Assembly (NCBI GenBank): GCA_937891845.1
Contig: CALATP010000049.1
Coordinates: forward strand, 26,744 to 90,743
DNA: 64,000 bases
DNA from: an uncultured Porphyromonadaceae bacterium
GTDB lineage: Bacteria > Bacteroidota > Bacteroidia > Bacteroidales > Barnesiellaceae_A
Direction: 5' to 3'
Made by a program: the position numbers and the translations under genes
The notes under the pieces: generated by a model
Databases searched by the model: none
The model's input: the letters and a program-made list of their open reading frames with translations, nothing else
Told to the model about the DNA's origin: nothing
Shown here: positions 56,258-64,000 of the stretch, piece by piece
Numbering within the stretch: position 1 is the stretch's first letter
How the letters are laid out: every line of letters begins with the position of its first letter

Positions 56258-57727
56258 ATGGCACAAGACATCACGACTCTTAATCCTCAAGCAATTTGGA
56301 AATATTTTGCCGAAATATGTAGTATCCCCCACCCTTCGGGTCATACCGCTATGATAGCCGATTATCTGATGAATGTCGGTAAAGAGTTGGGGCTTGATAC
56401 ATATCGTGACAAGGCCGATAATGTGATAATACGTAAACCTGCAACACCGGGTATGGAAAACAAAACAACCGTTATTTTGCAGGCTCACTACGATATGGTG
56501 CCACAAGCCAACAAGGCTACAAATCATAATTTTGAAACCGACCCTATTTTGCCTCGCATAGATGGCGATTGGGTATTGGCTACAGATACTACATTGGGAG
56601 CCGATAATGGAATAGGTATGGCCTCTATTCTTGCTGTTTTGGCATCAAAGGATGTGCCTCACGGTCCTATTGAAGCACTGTTTACTCGTGATGAAGAAAC
56701 AGGAATGTATGGTGCAAAGGATATTGAACACGGTATTCTCAAAGGTAAAATATTGCTTAATACCGACTCGGAGACTGATGGCGAGTTGTATATGAGTTGC
56801 GCCGGAGGTTTGGATATCGAGGCAACATTCCGCTATCAAGAGAAAGAGGCCGAGCAATTAGAGGACTACGTTGCTTATAAAGTGACATTGGGTGGTCTGC
56901 TGGGCGGTCACTCCGGTATAGATATAAATCTTGGACGACTCAATGCCAATAAAGCAATGTTCCGATTCTTGAAGATTGCTGTCGGTTGTCATAGTGTGAG
57001 ATTGGCCTCGTATAGTGGTGGTACGTTGCGTAATGCAATACCTCGTGAGGCCGAAGCCGTTGTTGTATTGCCCAAAGTGCGTGTGAAAAAATTCCTGACC
57101 TTTGTTGACGAATTCAAGCATACATTGCAACACGAATATGGCTTTATTGAGAAAAATATAGTTTTTGCAGCTGCTGAAACTGATATGCCCAATAAACTTA
57201 TGCCCGAACCTGCGCAAGATGACCTTATCAACTCGATCTGTGCTTGTCATAATGGTGTGTATCGTATGATACCCGATGCGCCCGAAGTTGTAGAAACATC
57301 GTCCAATTTGTCAATTGTAACTGCTAATGATGGTGTGGCTGAAGTTAAGATTTTGGCTCGCAGCTCTAGTGAGAGTCAAAAATATACACTTGCATCGGAT
57401 ATTGAGAGTGCATTCTCATTGGCAGGGGCAAAGGTTATATTTGATGGCGCTTACCCCGGTTGGGAGCCCAACTTGCAATCGGCAATCCTCAATACAATGC
57501 GCCCGCTGTATCCTCAAGTGTTGGGACGTGAGGCTGAAGTGAAAATGATGCACGCTGGCTTGGAGTGTGGAATTATTGGCTCGGCCTATCCCGGCTTGGA
57601 TATGATATCGTTTGGTCCTACAATCAAACACCCCCACTCACCCGAAGAGAAAGTGAATATTCCTTCTGTTGAGAATTTCTGGAAAATCCTGTGTGCAACA
57701 CTCGAAAATATTCCTGAAGAAAAATAA
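56258..57727 (+). CDS. pepD: Aminoacyl-histidine dipeptidase (M20C, PepD)
   Basis: 489 aa. The N-terminus IWKYFAEICSIPHPSGH is followed by LQAHYDMV, GADNGIG and TRDEETGM. Confidence 0.9.
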   Translation: MAQDITTLNPQAIWKYFAEICSIPHPSGHTAMIADYLMNVGKELGLDTYRDKADNVIIRKPATPGMENKTTVILQAHYDMVPQANKATNHNFETDPILPRIDGDWVLATDTTLGADNGIGMASILAVLASKDVPHGPIEALFTRDEETGMYGAKDIEHGILKGKILLNTDSETDGELYMSCAGGLDIEATFRYQEKEAEQLEDYVAYKVTLGGLLGGHSGIDINLGRLNANKAMFRFLKIAVGCHSVRLASYSGGTLRNAIPREAEAVVVLPKVRVKKFLTFVDEFKHTLQHEYGFIEKNIVFAAAETDMPNKLMPEPAQDDLINSICACHNGVYRMIPDAPEVVETSSNLSIVTANDGVAEVKILARSSSESQKYTLASDIESAFSLAGAKVIFDGAYPGWEPNLQSAILNTMRPLYPQVLGREAEVKMMHAGLECGIIGSAYPGLDMISFGPTIKHPHSPEEKVNIPSVENFWKILCATLENIPEEK

Positions 57728-57729
57728 TT

Positions 57730-58176
57730 ATGGAAAAGGAAGTTGTTAATACTGAAGTTGGTACATCGCCACAACCTCAGAAACCACGTAAAAACCCTAT
57801 AGTGAAATGGTTTAGAAACATAGGTTGTGGTGTATTGCTGCTCCTGATCTTGGGCGGAGGTGGATATTTTTATTGGAAATATTACTCTGTATTCGGAGAA
57901 GGAGTTAAAAGTGGTACGCTCAATTTTGTAGTACTTAAAGGCGATATTTTTAAGACATACGAAGGTAAACTTATAATGGAAGGAGTGGTTTCTTCGGGTC
58001 AAGGCCAGATAGAGTCAAATCACTTTACTTTTACTGTCGAGAATGCCGAACTAGCGCAAAAACTTATGCGTATGAGTGGTGAAAAAGTAGAACTCCAGTA
58101 TAAGGAATATCACGGTACTCTGCCTTGGCGTGGCCATAGCGTATATGTTGTAGATAGTATATTATCGAGATACTAA
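57730..58176 (+). CDS. Hypothetical single-pass membrane protein (148 aa)
   Basis: Starts 2 nt after the pepD stop. It has one TM helix (IGCGVLLLLILGGGGYFYW) and a ~95-aa C-terminal domain with no motif I recognise. Confidence 0.6.
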   Translation: MEKEVVNTEVGTSPQPQKPRKNPIVKWFRNIGCGVLLLLILGGGGYFYWKYYSVFGEGVKSGTLNFVVLKGDIFKTYEGKLIMEGVVSSGQGQIESNHFTFTVENAELAQKLMRMSGEKVELQYKEYHGTLPWRGHSVYVVDSILSRY

Positions 58177-58200
58177 CCATCTCCGGTTATTTTGACTACA

Positions 58201-58240
58201 ATAGGTTGTTTGACTTATGTCAAGCAACCTATTTAGTTTG
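58201..58240 (+). terminator. Terminator of the pepD / 148-aa ORF transcript
   Basis: ATAGGTTGTTTGAC-TTAT-GTCAAGCAACCTAT (one G-U pair) followed by TTAGTTTG. Confidence 0.6.
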
Positions 58241-58322
58241 AGTGTGTTGTTATCTGTCTGCATTTACGCATCTATTGCTATATATATTTATTCAAACACT
58301 CGCGTTTTTCAATATTATTTTG

Positions 58323-58330
58323 TAAATTTG
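58323..58330 (+). promoter_or_regulatory. Candidate -7 box (TAaaTTTG) upstream of valS
   Basis: TAAATTTG lies 69 nt upstream of the valS ATG. Confidence 0.4.
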
Positions 58331-58398
58331 CGCGATTTTGTATTATGGCAAAGTAGTCATAATTAGAAAAGTAAAAACAATCGAAAAAATATAGAACA

Positions 58399-61026
58399 AT
58401 GAGTAAAGAATTGGCAACAAAGTATGTACCTGATGAAGTAGAATCAAAGTGGTATAACTATTGGATGGAGCACAAACTTTTCGAGTCGAAACCCGATGGT
58501 CGTGAGCCATACACCATCGTTATTCCTCCTCCCAATGTGACCGGTATACTGCATATGGGTCATATGCTCAATAATACAATACAGGATATCTTGGTGCGTC
58601 GCGCTCGAATGGAAGGCAAAAATGCGTGTTGGGTGCCCGGTACTGACCACGCGTCTATCGCTACCGAGGCCAAAGTAGTAGGTAAATTGGCTGCACAAGG
58701 TATAAAAAAGACCGACCTTACTCGCGACGAATTCCTCAAGCACGCTTGGGATTGGAAGGAAGAACACGGTGGTATTATTCTCAAACAGTTACAACGTTTG
58801 GGTGCTTCGTGTGATTGGTCTCGTACTGCTTTTACAATGGATGAATTACGTAGCCGCAGTGTGTTGAGTGTATTTGTCGATTTGTACAACAAAGGACTTA
58901 TATATCGTGGCGTGCGTATGGTGAACTGGGATCCTAAAGCACTTACGGCCTTGTCTGACGAGGAGGTTATCTATAAAGATGAGCATAGCAAATTATATCA
59001 TTTGCGTTATTTTGTTGAAGGTGAAGATAAATATATTGTAGTAGCCACAACACGACCCGAGACTATCTTGGGTGATACCGCTGTCTGCGTAAATCCTAAC
59101 GACGAGCGATATAGCTGGCTCAAAGGCAAAAATGTTATTGTGCCTATGGTAGGTCGCAGTGTGCCTATTATAATGGATGATTATGTCGAAATGGAGTTTG
59201 GTACCGGATGCTTGAAGGTAACTCCTGCACACGACGTAAACGACTATATGTTGGGTGAAAAGTATAACCTGCCTGCTATTGATATATTTAATGACAACGG
59301 AACAATAAGCGAGGCCGGTGGTATGTATATCGGAATGGATCGTTTTGATGTTCGCGCCCAGATTGTCAAAGATCTTGATGCGGCAGGATTGTTGGAGAAA
59401 GTTGAAGATTACGACAATAAGGTAGGATATAGTGAGCGTACCAATGTTGTGATTGAGCCTAAATTGTCAATGCAATGGTTCTTGAAAATGGGCGACTTGG
59501 CCAAGGTGGCTCTTGATGCGGTAATGACAGACGAAATCAAATTCCATCCTGCCAAATTTAAGAACACATACCGTCACTGGATGGAAAACATCAAGGATTG
59601 GTGTATTTCACGACAATTGTGGTGGGGACATCGTATACCGGCCTATTTCTTGCCCGAAGGAGGCTATGTGGTAGCTGCTTCGGCTGAGGAGGCTTTGGAA
59701 CTGGCTCGTCAAAAGACAGGAAATACCGGCCTTCAAATGTCTGATTTGCGTCAAGATGAAGATTGTCTAGACACTTGGTTCTCTTCTTGGTTGTGGCCGA
59801 TATCATTGTTTGATGGCATTAACAATCCCGGTAATGATGAATTTAAATATTACTATCCCACTGCCGACTTGGTGACAGGTCCTGATATTATCTTCTTCTG
59901 GATTGCTCGTATGATTATGGCGGGATATGAGTATTGTAAACTACCTCCTTTCCGCAATGTGTATTTTACCGGTATTGTGCGTGACAAGATTGGTCGCAAG
60001 ATGTCAAAGTCTTTGGGTAATTCGCCCGATGCACTGGGTTTGATAGATCAATTCGGTGCCGATGGAGTTCGTATGGGTCTTATGCTTGCAGCTCCTGCCG
60101 GTAATGATATATTGTATGATGATGCACTCTGTGAGCAAGGACGTAATTTCTGCAATAAGATATGGAATGCATTTCGTCTTGTTAAAGGTTGGACTGTAGA
60201 TGATACTATCCCCCAACCCGAGACAGCGTCTATTGCTGTTCGTTGGTTTGATGCACAACTTTCAAAAACCTTAATAGAGGTTCAAGACCTATTCGGTAAG
60301 TTCCGTTTGTCGGAGGCGTTGATGGCTGTTTATAAACTGTTCTGGGATGAATTCTCTTCTTGGTATCTTGAAGTTGTAAAACCTGCATATCAGCAACCCA
60401 TCGATGCTGTGACATATAAGGCCACACTTGCCTATTTTGATGCGTTGTTAAGAATGTTGCATCCTTTTATGCCGTTTATTACCGAGGAGTTGTGGCAGCA
60501 TTTGGCAGAGCGCAAAGATGGTGAAAGTATTATGACGGCTCTTATGCCTCAAGCAAATACAGTGGATGAATCGCTTATTACTTTGTTTGAAACCACAAAA
60601 CAAGTTATAGCCGGTATTCGTACGGTGCGCTTGCAGAAGAATATTCCTAACCGCGAGGCGTTAACCTTGCAGATTGTAGGTAGTCATAATAATGCCAATG
60701 ACAGCGTTATTGTTAAACTTACTAACCTGTCGGCTATAGATGTTGTTACAGAAAAAGATGCTAATTCGGCTGCATTCCTTGTTGGAACAACCGAGTATGC
60801 TGTGCCGCTGGGTAATAATATTGATGTTGAAGCTGAACTTGCAAAACTTAATGAGGATCTTAAATATATGCAAGGATTCCTGCGCACTGTAATGGGTAAG
60901 TTGAGCAATGAACGTTTTGTGAACAATGCACCTGCGCAAGTAGTTGAGTTGGAACGTAAAAAGAAAGCTGATGCCGAAAGTAAAATTAAATCTATTGAAG
61001 AACGTATCGCAGCTTTGAGTAAATAA
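58399..61026 (+). CDS. valS: Valine--tRNA ligase
   Basis: 875 aa. HIGH-type motif LHMGHML, KMSKS motif RKMSKSLGN, and a C-terminal coiled coil. Confidence 0.97.
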   Translation: MSKELATKYVPDEVESKWYNYWMEHKLFESKPDGREPYTIVIPPPNVTGILHMGHMLNNTIQDILVRRARMEGKNACWVPGTDHASIATEAKVVGKLAAQGIKKTDLTRDEFLKHAWDWKEEHGGIILKQLQRLGASCDWSRTAFTMDELRSRSVLSVFVDLYNKGLIYRGVRMVNWDPKALTALSDEEVIYKDEHSKLYHLRYFVEGEDKYIVVATTRPETILGDTAVCVNPNDERYSWLKGKNVIVPMVGRSVPIIMDDYVEMEFGTGCLKVTPAHDVNDYMLGEKYNLPAIDIFNDNGTISEAGGMYIGMDRFDVRAQIVKDLDAAGLLEKVEDYDNKVGYSERTNVVIEPKLSMQWFLKMGDLAKVALDAVMTDEIKFHPAKFKNTYRHWMENIKDWCISRQLWWGHRIPAYFLPEGGYVVAASAEEALELARQKTGNTGLQMSDLRQDEDCLDTWFSSWLWPISLFDGINNPGNDEFKYYYPTADLVTGPDIIFFWIARMIMAGYEYCKLPPFRNVYFTGIVRDKIGRKMSKSLGNSPDALGLIDQFGADGVRMGLMLAAPAGNDILYDDALCEQGRNFCNKIWNAFRLVKGWTVDDTIPQPETASIAVRWFDAQLSKTLIEVQDLFGKFRLSEALMAVYKLFWDEFSSWYLEVVKPAYQQPIDAVTYKATLAYFDALLRMLHPFMPFITEELWQHLAERKDGESIMTALMPQANTVDESLITLFETTKQVIAGIRTVRLQKNIPNREALTLQIVGSHNNANDSVIVKLTNLSAIDVVTEKDANSAAFLVGTTEYAVPLGNNIDVEAELAKLNEDLKYMQGFLRTVMGKLSNERFVNNAPAQVVELERKKKADAESKIKSIEERIAALSK

Positions 61027-61047
61027 TTTGAACCGATAATATTTAGT

Positions 61048-61084
61048 GGGCAGTATCTTTGTGGTATTGCCCATTATTTATTTG
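61048..61084 (+). terminator. Hairpin plus T-rich tail downstream of valS
   Basis: GGGCAGTAT-CTTTGTG-GTATTGCCC (G-U pairs included) followed by ATTATTTATTTG. Confidence 0.5.
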
Positions 61085-61227
61085 TATAAATATGATTTAT
61101 TGTGTGTGCTGTCATTTATGCAGTAGTGAATTATATGATGCTAAGTGCTCGGAAATGTTAACAAGTCGCAAAATTAAAAGAGAAATAAATTCTGTAATTA
61201 AACGTTTGAGTTTGTAATAATTTTGTC

Positions 61228-61235
61228 TATCTTTG
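61228..61235 (+). promoter_or_regulatory. Candidate promoter of the small ORF / dxs: -7 box TAtcTTTG with a TTTG -33 element at 19-nt spacing
   Basis: TTTG at 61205..61208 and TATCTTTG at 61228..61235 fit the Bacteroides TTTG-N19-21-TAnnTTTG consensus. Confidence 0.55.
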
Positions 61236-61295
61236 TAAATTACAATAATAATGTATCGCGACTTGCGGTGTGTTGTTGTAAAAACTTAATATACA

Positions 61296-61481
61296 ATGGC
61301 TAAGAGAAGATTTACAACTTTCAATATTATTTGTTTTGTACTGTTATGGGTGACATTATGTTACTTCGTAATAGTAGGTCGTGGATTTAATAGTTGGACA
61401 TTATTTACTATTATTACTTCCGGTATTATAGTCTTTGTGCCAATCTATAAAAGTAAAAAGCGCGAAAAAGAGAATAAATAA
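61296..61481 (+). CDS. Hypothetical small two-TM membrane protein (61 aa)
   Basis: [61 protein letters not shown] has a basic N-terminus and a basic C-terminus flanking two hydrophobic helices. It sits between the promoter box and dxs, 14 nt upstream of the dxs ATG. Confidence 0.5.
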   Translation: MAKRRFTTFNIICFVLLWVTLCYFVIVGRGFNSWTLFTIITSGIIVFVPIYKSKKREKENK

Positions 61482-61495
61482 AATTGTGTGAATTG

Positions 61496-63406
61496 ATGGA
61501 TATGACTGACAAAAAAAATACAACTATACTTTCCACTATTGACTCTCCGGCCGATTTGCGTCGTTTGTCTGTTGATCAGCTTCCTGTTTTGTGTCAAGAG
61601 TTGCGTGATTTTATGATAGACTCTTGTTCGTGCAATCCCGGACACTTTGGCTCTAATATGGGTGCTGTTGAAATTACAGTTGCATTGCATTATGTATTCA
61701 ATACCCCTTACGACCGTATTGTATGGGATGTTGGTCACCAAGCCTATGGCCACAAGATATTGACAGGTCGTCGTGATAGGTTTGATACAAATCGGAAACT
61801 AAATGGATTGAGTGGGTTCCCTAATCCGGCCGAAAGTGAGTATGACTCATTTATTGCAGGTCACGCTTCCAATTCTATTTCTGCAGCGTTGGGTATGGCA
61901 ATTGCCACTAACATACAAAATGATACCCCCTCTCGTAAAATAGTTGCAGTAATAGGTGATGCATCAATTGCCGGAGGTATGGCATTTGAAGGACTGAATA
62001 ATGCGTCAATCAATCCCAATGACTTGCTCATTATTCTCAATGATAATGATATGGCTATAGACCATAATGTGGGTGGATTGAACAATTATTTGGTTAATAT
62101 TACGACTTCACGTCGCTACAATAATATGCGTAATAATCTCTATCAGTTTATGAAAAAACATAAGTTGATAAAAGAAGAGAGCAAAGATTCGATATTACGC
62201 TTCAATAATAGTCTTAAATCGCTACTGAGTAAGCAACAAAATATATTTGAAGGTCTCAATATTCGTTATTTTGGCCCCGCTAATGGTCACGATGTGGAAA
62301 ACATTGTTCGTATTCTCAATACAATCAAGGATATGAAGGGTCCCAAAATCCTGCACTTGATTACCAAGAAAGGTAAAGGATATGAGCCGGCCGAAAAATC
62401 ACCTACATTATGGCACGCTCCCGGTAAGTTCAATAAAGAAACCGGAGAGGTAATACGTAATACTGCACCCAATCAACCATCCAAATTTCAAGATGTATTT
62501 GGTCATACACTTGTTGAGCTTGCCGAGCAAAATGAACGCATTGTTTCAATAACCCCTGCTATGCCGACAGGAAGTTCGATGAACTTTATGATGGAACGCT
62601 TCCCCAATCGCTCATTCGATGTGGGTATTTCTGAGGAACACGCAGTTACATTCTCGGCCGGTCTTGCCAAAGAAGGTCTGCTACCCTACTGTTGCATATA
62701 TTCGAGCTTCTTACAACGAGCCTATGACCAGATAATTCACGATGTGGCAATACAAAATCTGCCTGTTACATTCTGTATTGACCGTGCCGGTATTGTTGGA
62801 GAAGATGGTGTGACACATCACGGCTGTTTCGATTTGAGTTTCTTACGAGGTATTCCGGGTATGACCGTTTCAGCGCCTATGGATGAGCATACATTGCGAC
62901 ATCTGTTATATACAGCTCAAGCGGTAGAACACGGTCCTTTAGCCATTCGTTATCCTCGTGGTGGAGGTGAAATTGTCGATTGGCATTGCCCGATGCAGCT
63001 GTTACCACTGGGCAAGGGACGTCGTTTGAATACTGGTGACGGAGATATCGCAGTGTTGAGCATTGGCAATATTGGAACATCTGCAGCACACGCAATAGAA
63101 AAAGTGGCTGCCAAAGGTATAAAAGTAGCTCAATATGATATGATATTCTTGAAACCTATTGATGAGGAAATACTTCAGGAGGTGGCACAAAATTATAAAC
63201 GAATAGTAACTATTGAGAATGGTACTGTAGTCGGTGGTTTAGGTAGTGCCGTTGTAGAGTGGCTCAATGAGCACGGCTATACACACAGGGTAAAGAAGTT
63301 GGGCATTCCCGATCAATTTATCGCACAAGGCACAGTTGCCGAGTTGCATAAATTGTGTGGTATAGATGTTGATAGTATTGTAGAAGTATTGTCATCTCAA
63401 TGGTAA
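61496..63406 (+). CDS. dxs: 1-deoxy-D-xylulose-5-phosphate synthase
   Basis: Thiamine-diphosphate motif [16 protein letters not shown]...LNDN, plus transketolase-like pyrimidine and C-terminal domains. I prefer the ATG at 61496 to the TTG at 61484. Confidence 0.95.
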   Translation: MDMTDKKNTTILSTIDSPADLRRLSVDQLPVLCQELRDFMIDSCSCNPGHFGSNMGAVEITVALHYVFNTPYDRIVWDVGHQAYGHKILTGRRDRFDTNRKLNGLSGFPNPAESEYDSFIAGHASNSISAALGMAIATNIQNDTPSRKIVAVIGDASIAGGMAFEGLNNASINPNDLLIILNDNDMAIDHNVGGLNNYLVNITTSRRYNNMRNNLYQFMKKHKLIKEESKDSILRFNNSLKSLLSKQQNIFEGLNIRYFGPANGHDVENIVRILNTIKDMKGPKILHLITKKGKGYEPAEKSPTLWHAPGKFNKETGEVIRNTAPNQPSKFQDVFGHTLVELAEQNERIVSITPAMPTGSSMNFMMERFPNRSFDVGISEEHAVTFSAGLAKEGLLPYCCIYSSFLQRAYDQIIHDVAIQNLPVTFCIDRAGIVGEDGVTHHGCFDLSFLRGIPGMTVSAPMDEHTLRHLLYTAQAVEHGPLAIRYPRGGGEIVDWHCPMQLLPLGKGRRLNTGDGDIAVLSIGNIGTSAAHAIEKVAAKGIKVAQYDMIFLKPIDEEILQEVAQNYKRIVTIENGTVVGGLGSAVVEWLNEHGYTHRVKKLGIPDQFIAQGTVAELHKLCGIDVDSIVEVLSSQW

Positions 63407-63419
63407 AATAGATTAAACA

Positions 63420-64000
63420 ATGAGAATCGTTATAGCAGGAGCTGGAGAAGTTGGTATCCATTTAGCGAAGATGCTTTCGCGTGAGAATTTGGATGTTATC
63501 TTGATAGATAGCAATGAAACAGTATTATCTGAAATTGAAAATAATTATAATCTTATTGCTGTTGTTGGCAGTCCTACATCTTTTGAAACCCTGAAAAGAG
63601 CTGAGGCCGGTAGTGCCGACTTGTTTGTCGCAGTTACACCTTATGAAACACGCAACATAGTAGCTTGTAGCATTGCATCATCATTGGGCGCAAAAAAGAC
63701 TGTGGCTCGTGTTGATAATTATGAGTACATTAAAGATGATAATCGCAAGTATTTCAAAACCTTAGGAGTGGATGATATTATTTATCCCGAGATGCTTGCC
63801 GGTGAGGAGGTACTCAATGCTATGCGCCATACTTGGGCTAGAAGTTGGTTCGAACTACATAATGGCGCATTGGTGTTGATTGGTGTGAAACTACGCGATA
63901 ACGCCAGTATTCTCAATCGTAAGTTATATGAACTTACTAGTAACAGCAACCTGTTCCATATTGCAGCTATTAAAAGACTCAATCATACTATTATACCTCG
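63420..64000 (+). CDS. trkA: Trk system potassium uptake protein TrkA (NAD-binding). The C-terminus runs off the right edge of the window.
   Basis: Hand translation gives MRIVIAGAGEVGIHLAKMLSRENLDVILID... (Rossmann GxGxxG). The frame stays open to the window end. Confidence 0.85.
   Translation, partial: MRIVIAGAGEVGIHLAKMLSRENLDVILIDSNETVLSEIENNYNLIAVVGSPTSFETLKRAEAGSADLFVAVTPYETRNIVACSIASSLGAKKTVARVDNYEYIKDDNRKYFKTLGVDDIIYPEMLAGEEVLNAMRHTWARSWFELHNGALVLIGVKLRDNASILNRKLYELTSNSNLFHIAAIKRLNHTIIP

Noticed and set aside
61092-61217. 41-aa Cys-rich mini-ORF (MIYCVCCHLCSSELYDAKCSEM...) between the valS terminator and the dxs promoter
   Set aside because: I could find no promoter box between the valS terminator and its ATG. 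It lies in AT-rich spacer where short ORFs arise by chance, and its stop lies just upstream of the -7 box for the next unit. It is worth a conservation check only.
63847-63854. GGTTCGAA T-loop-like motif as a possible tRNA
   Set aside because: It lies inside the trkA reading frame, and no acceptor, D or anticodon stems can be drawn around it. I found no other tRNA-like or rRNA-like sequence in the intergenic regions.
1-64000. Search for CRISPR repeats, IS elements, integrases, toxin-antitoxin pairs, reverse transcriptases and known defence genes
   Set aside because: I noticed no regularly spaced direct repeats and no transposase, integrase or RT-like ORFs. No small overlapping gene pairs look like TA modules. 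All long ORFs are accounted for by the features listed. This was a reading by eye, so short or diverged repeats could have been missed.

Overview
This 64-kb window reads as a chromosomal segment of a low-GC Bacteroidota genome, probably order Bacteroidales. The evidence is gene content, many TAnnTTTG -7 promoter boxes, no Shine-Dalgarno-dependent spacing, and one cargo protein with a type IX secretion (T9SS) C-terminal sorting domain. Coding density is high. I support about 50 CDS, most of them core housekeeping genes. One long minus-strand array runs tig-clpP-clpX-recQ-lepA-purM-udk-mltF. A plus-strand operon runs nitroreductase-DUF2520-kdsC-maf-cyclophilin-M16 peptidase. Other core genes are fmt, tsaC, prs, gyrA, clpC, htpG, mgtE, rsmA, pepD, valS, dxs and trkA. 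I found no rRNA, tRNA, CRISPR array, transposase, integrase or phage gene. Three short islets hold genes I cannot assign to a family. The first (12963..17031) is a TonB-dependent receptor tightly followed by two signal-less 270-aa helical proteins. The second (34487..38197) holds a 1001-aa T9SS/GLUG surface protein, a 50-aa Pmp3/YqaE proteolipid missing from the ORF track, and a small lipoprotein. The third (47467..51963) holds a membrane-embedded AraC regulator, a lipoprotein and an 834-aa WG-repeat lipoprotein, bounded by strong terminators. Two orphan WbaP-like initiating phosphoglycosyl transferases converge on a mixed tsaC-PGT-ClC-fmt-ybaN operon. I see no convincing evidence of a defined novel system such as a defence, toxin or biosynthetic cluster. 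The findings are modest-interest leads that need homology, structure and transcript checks I cannot run here.
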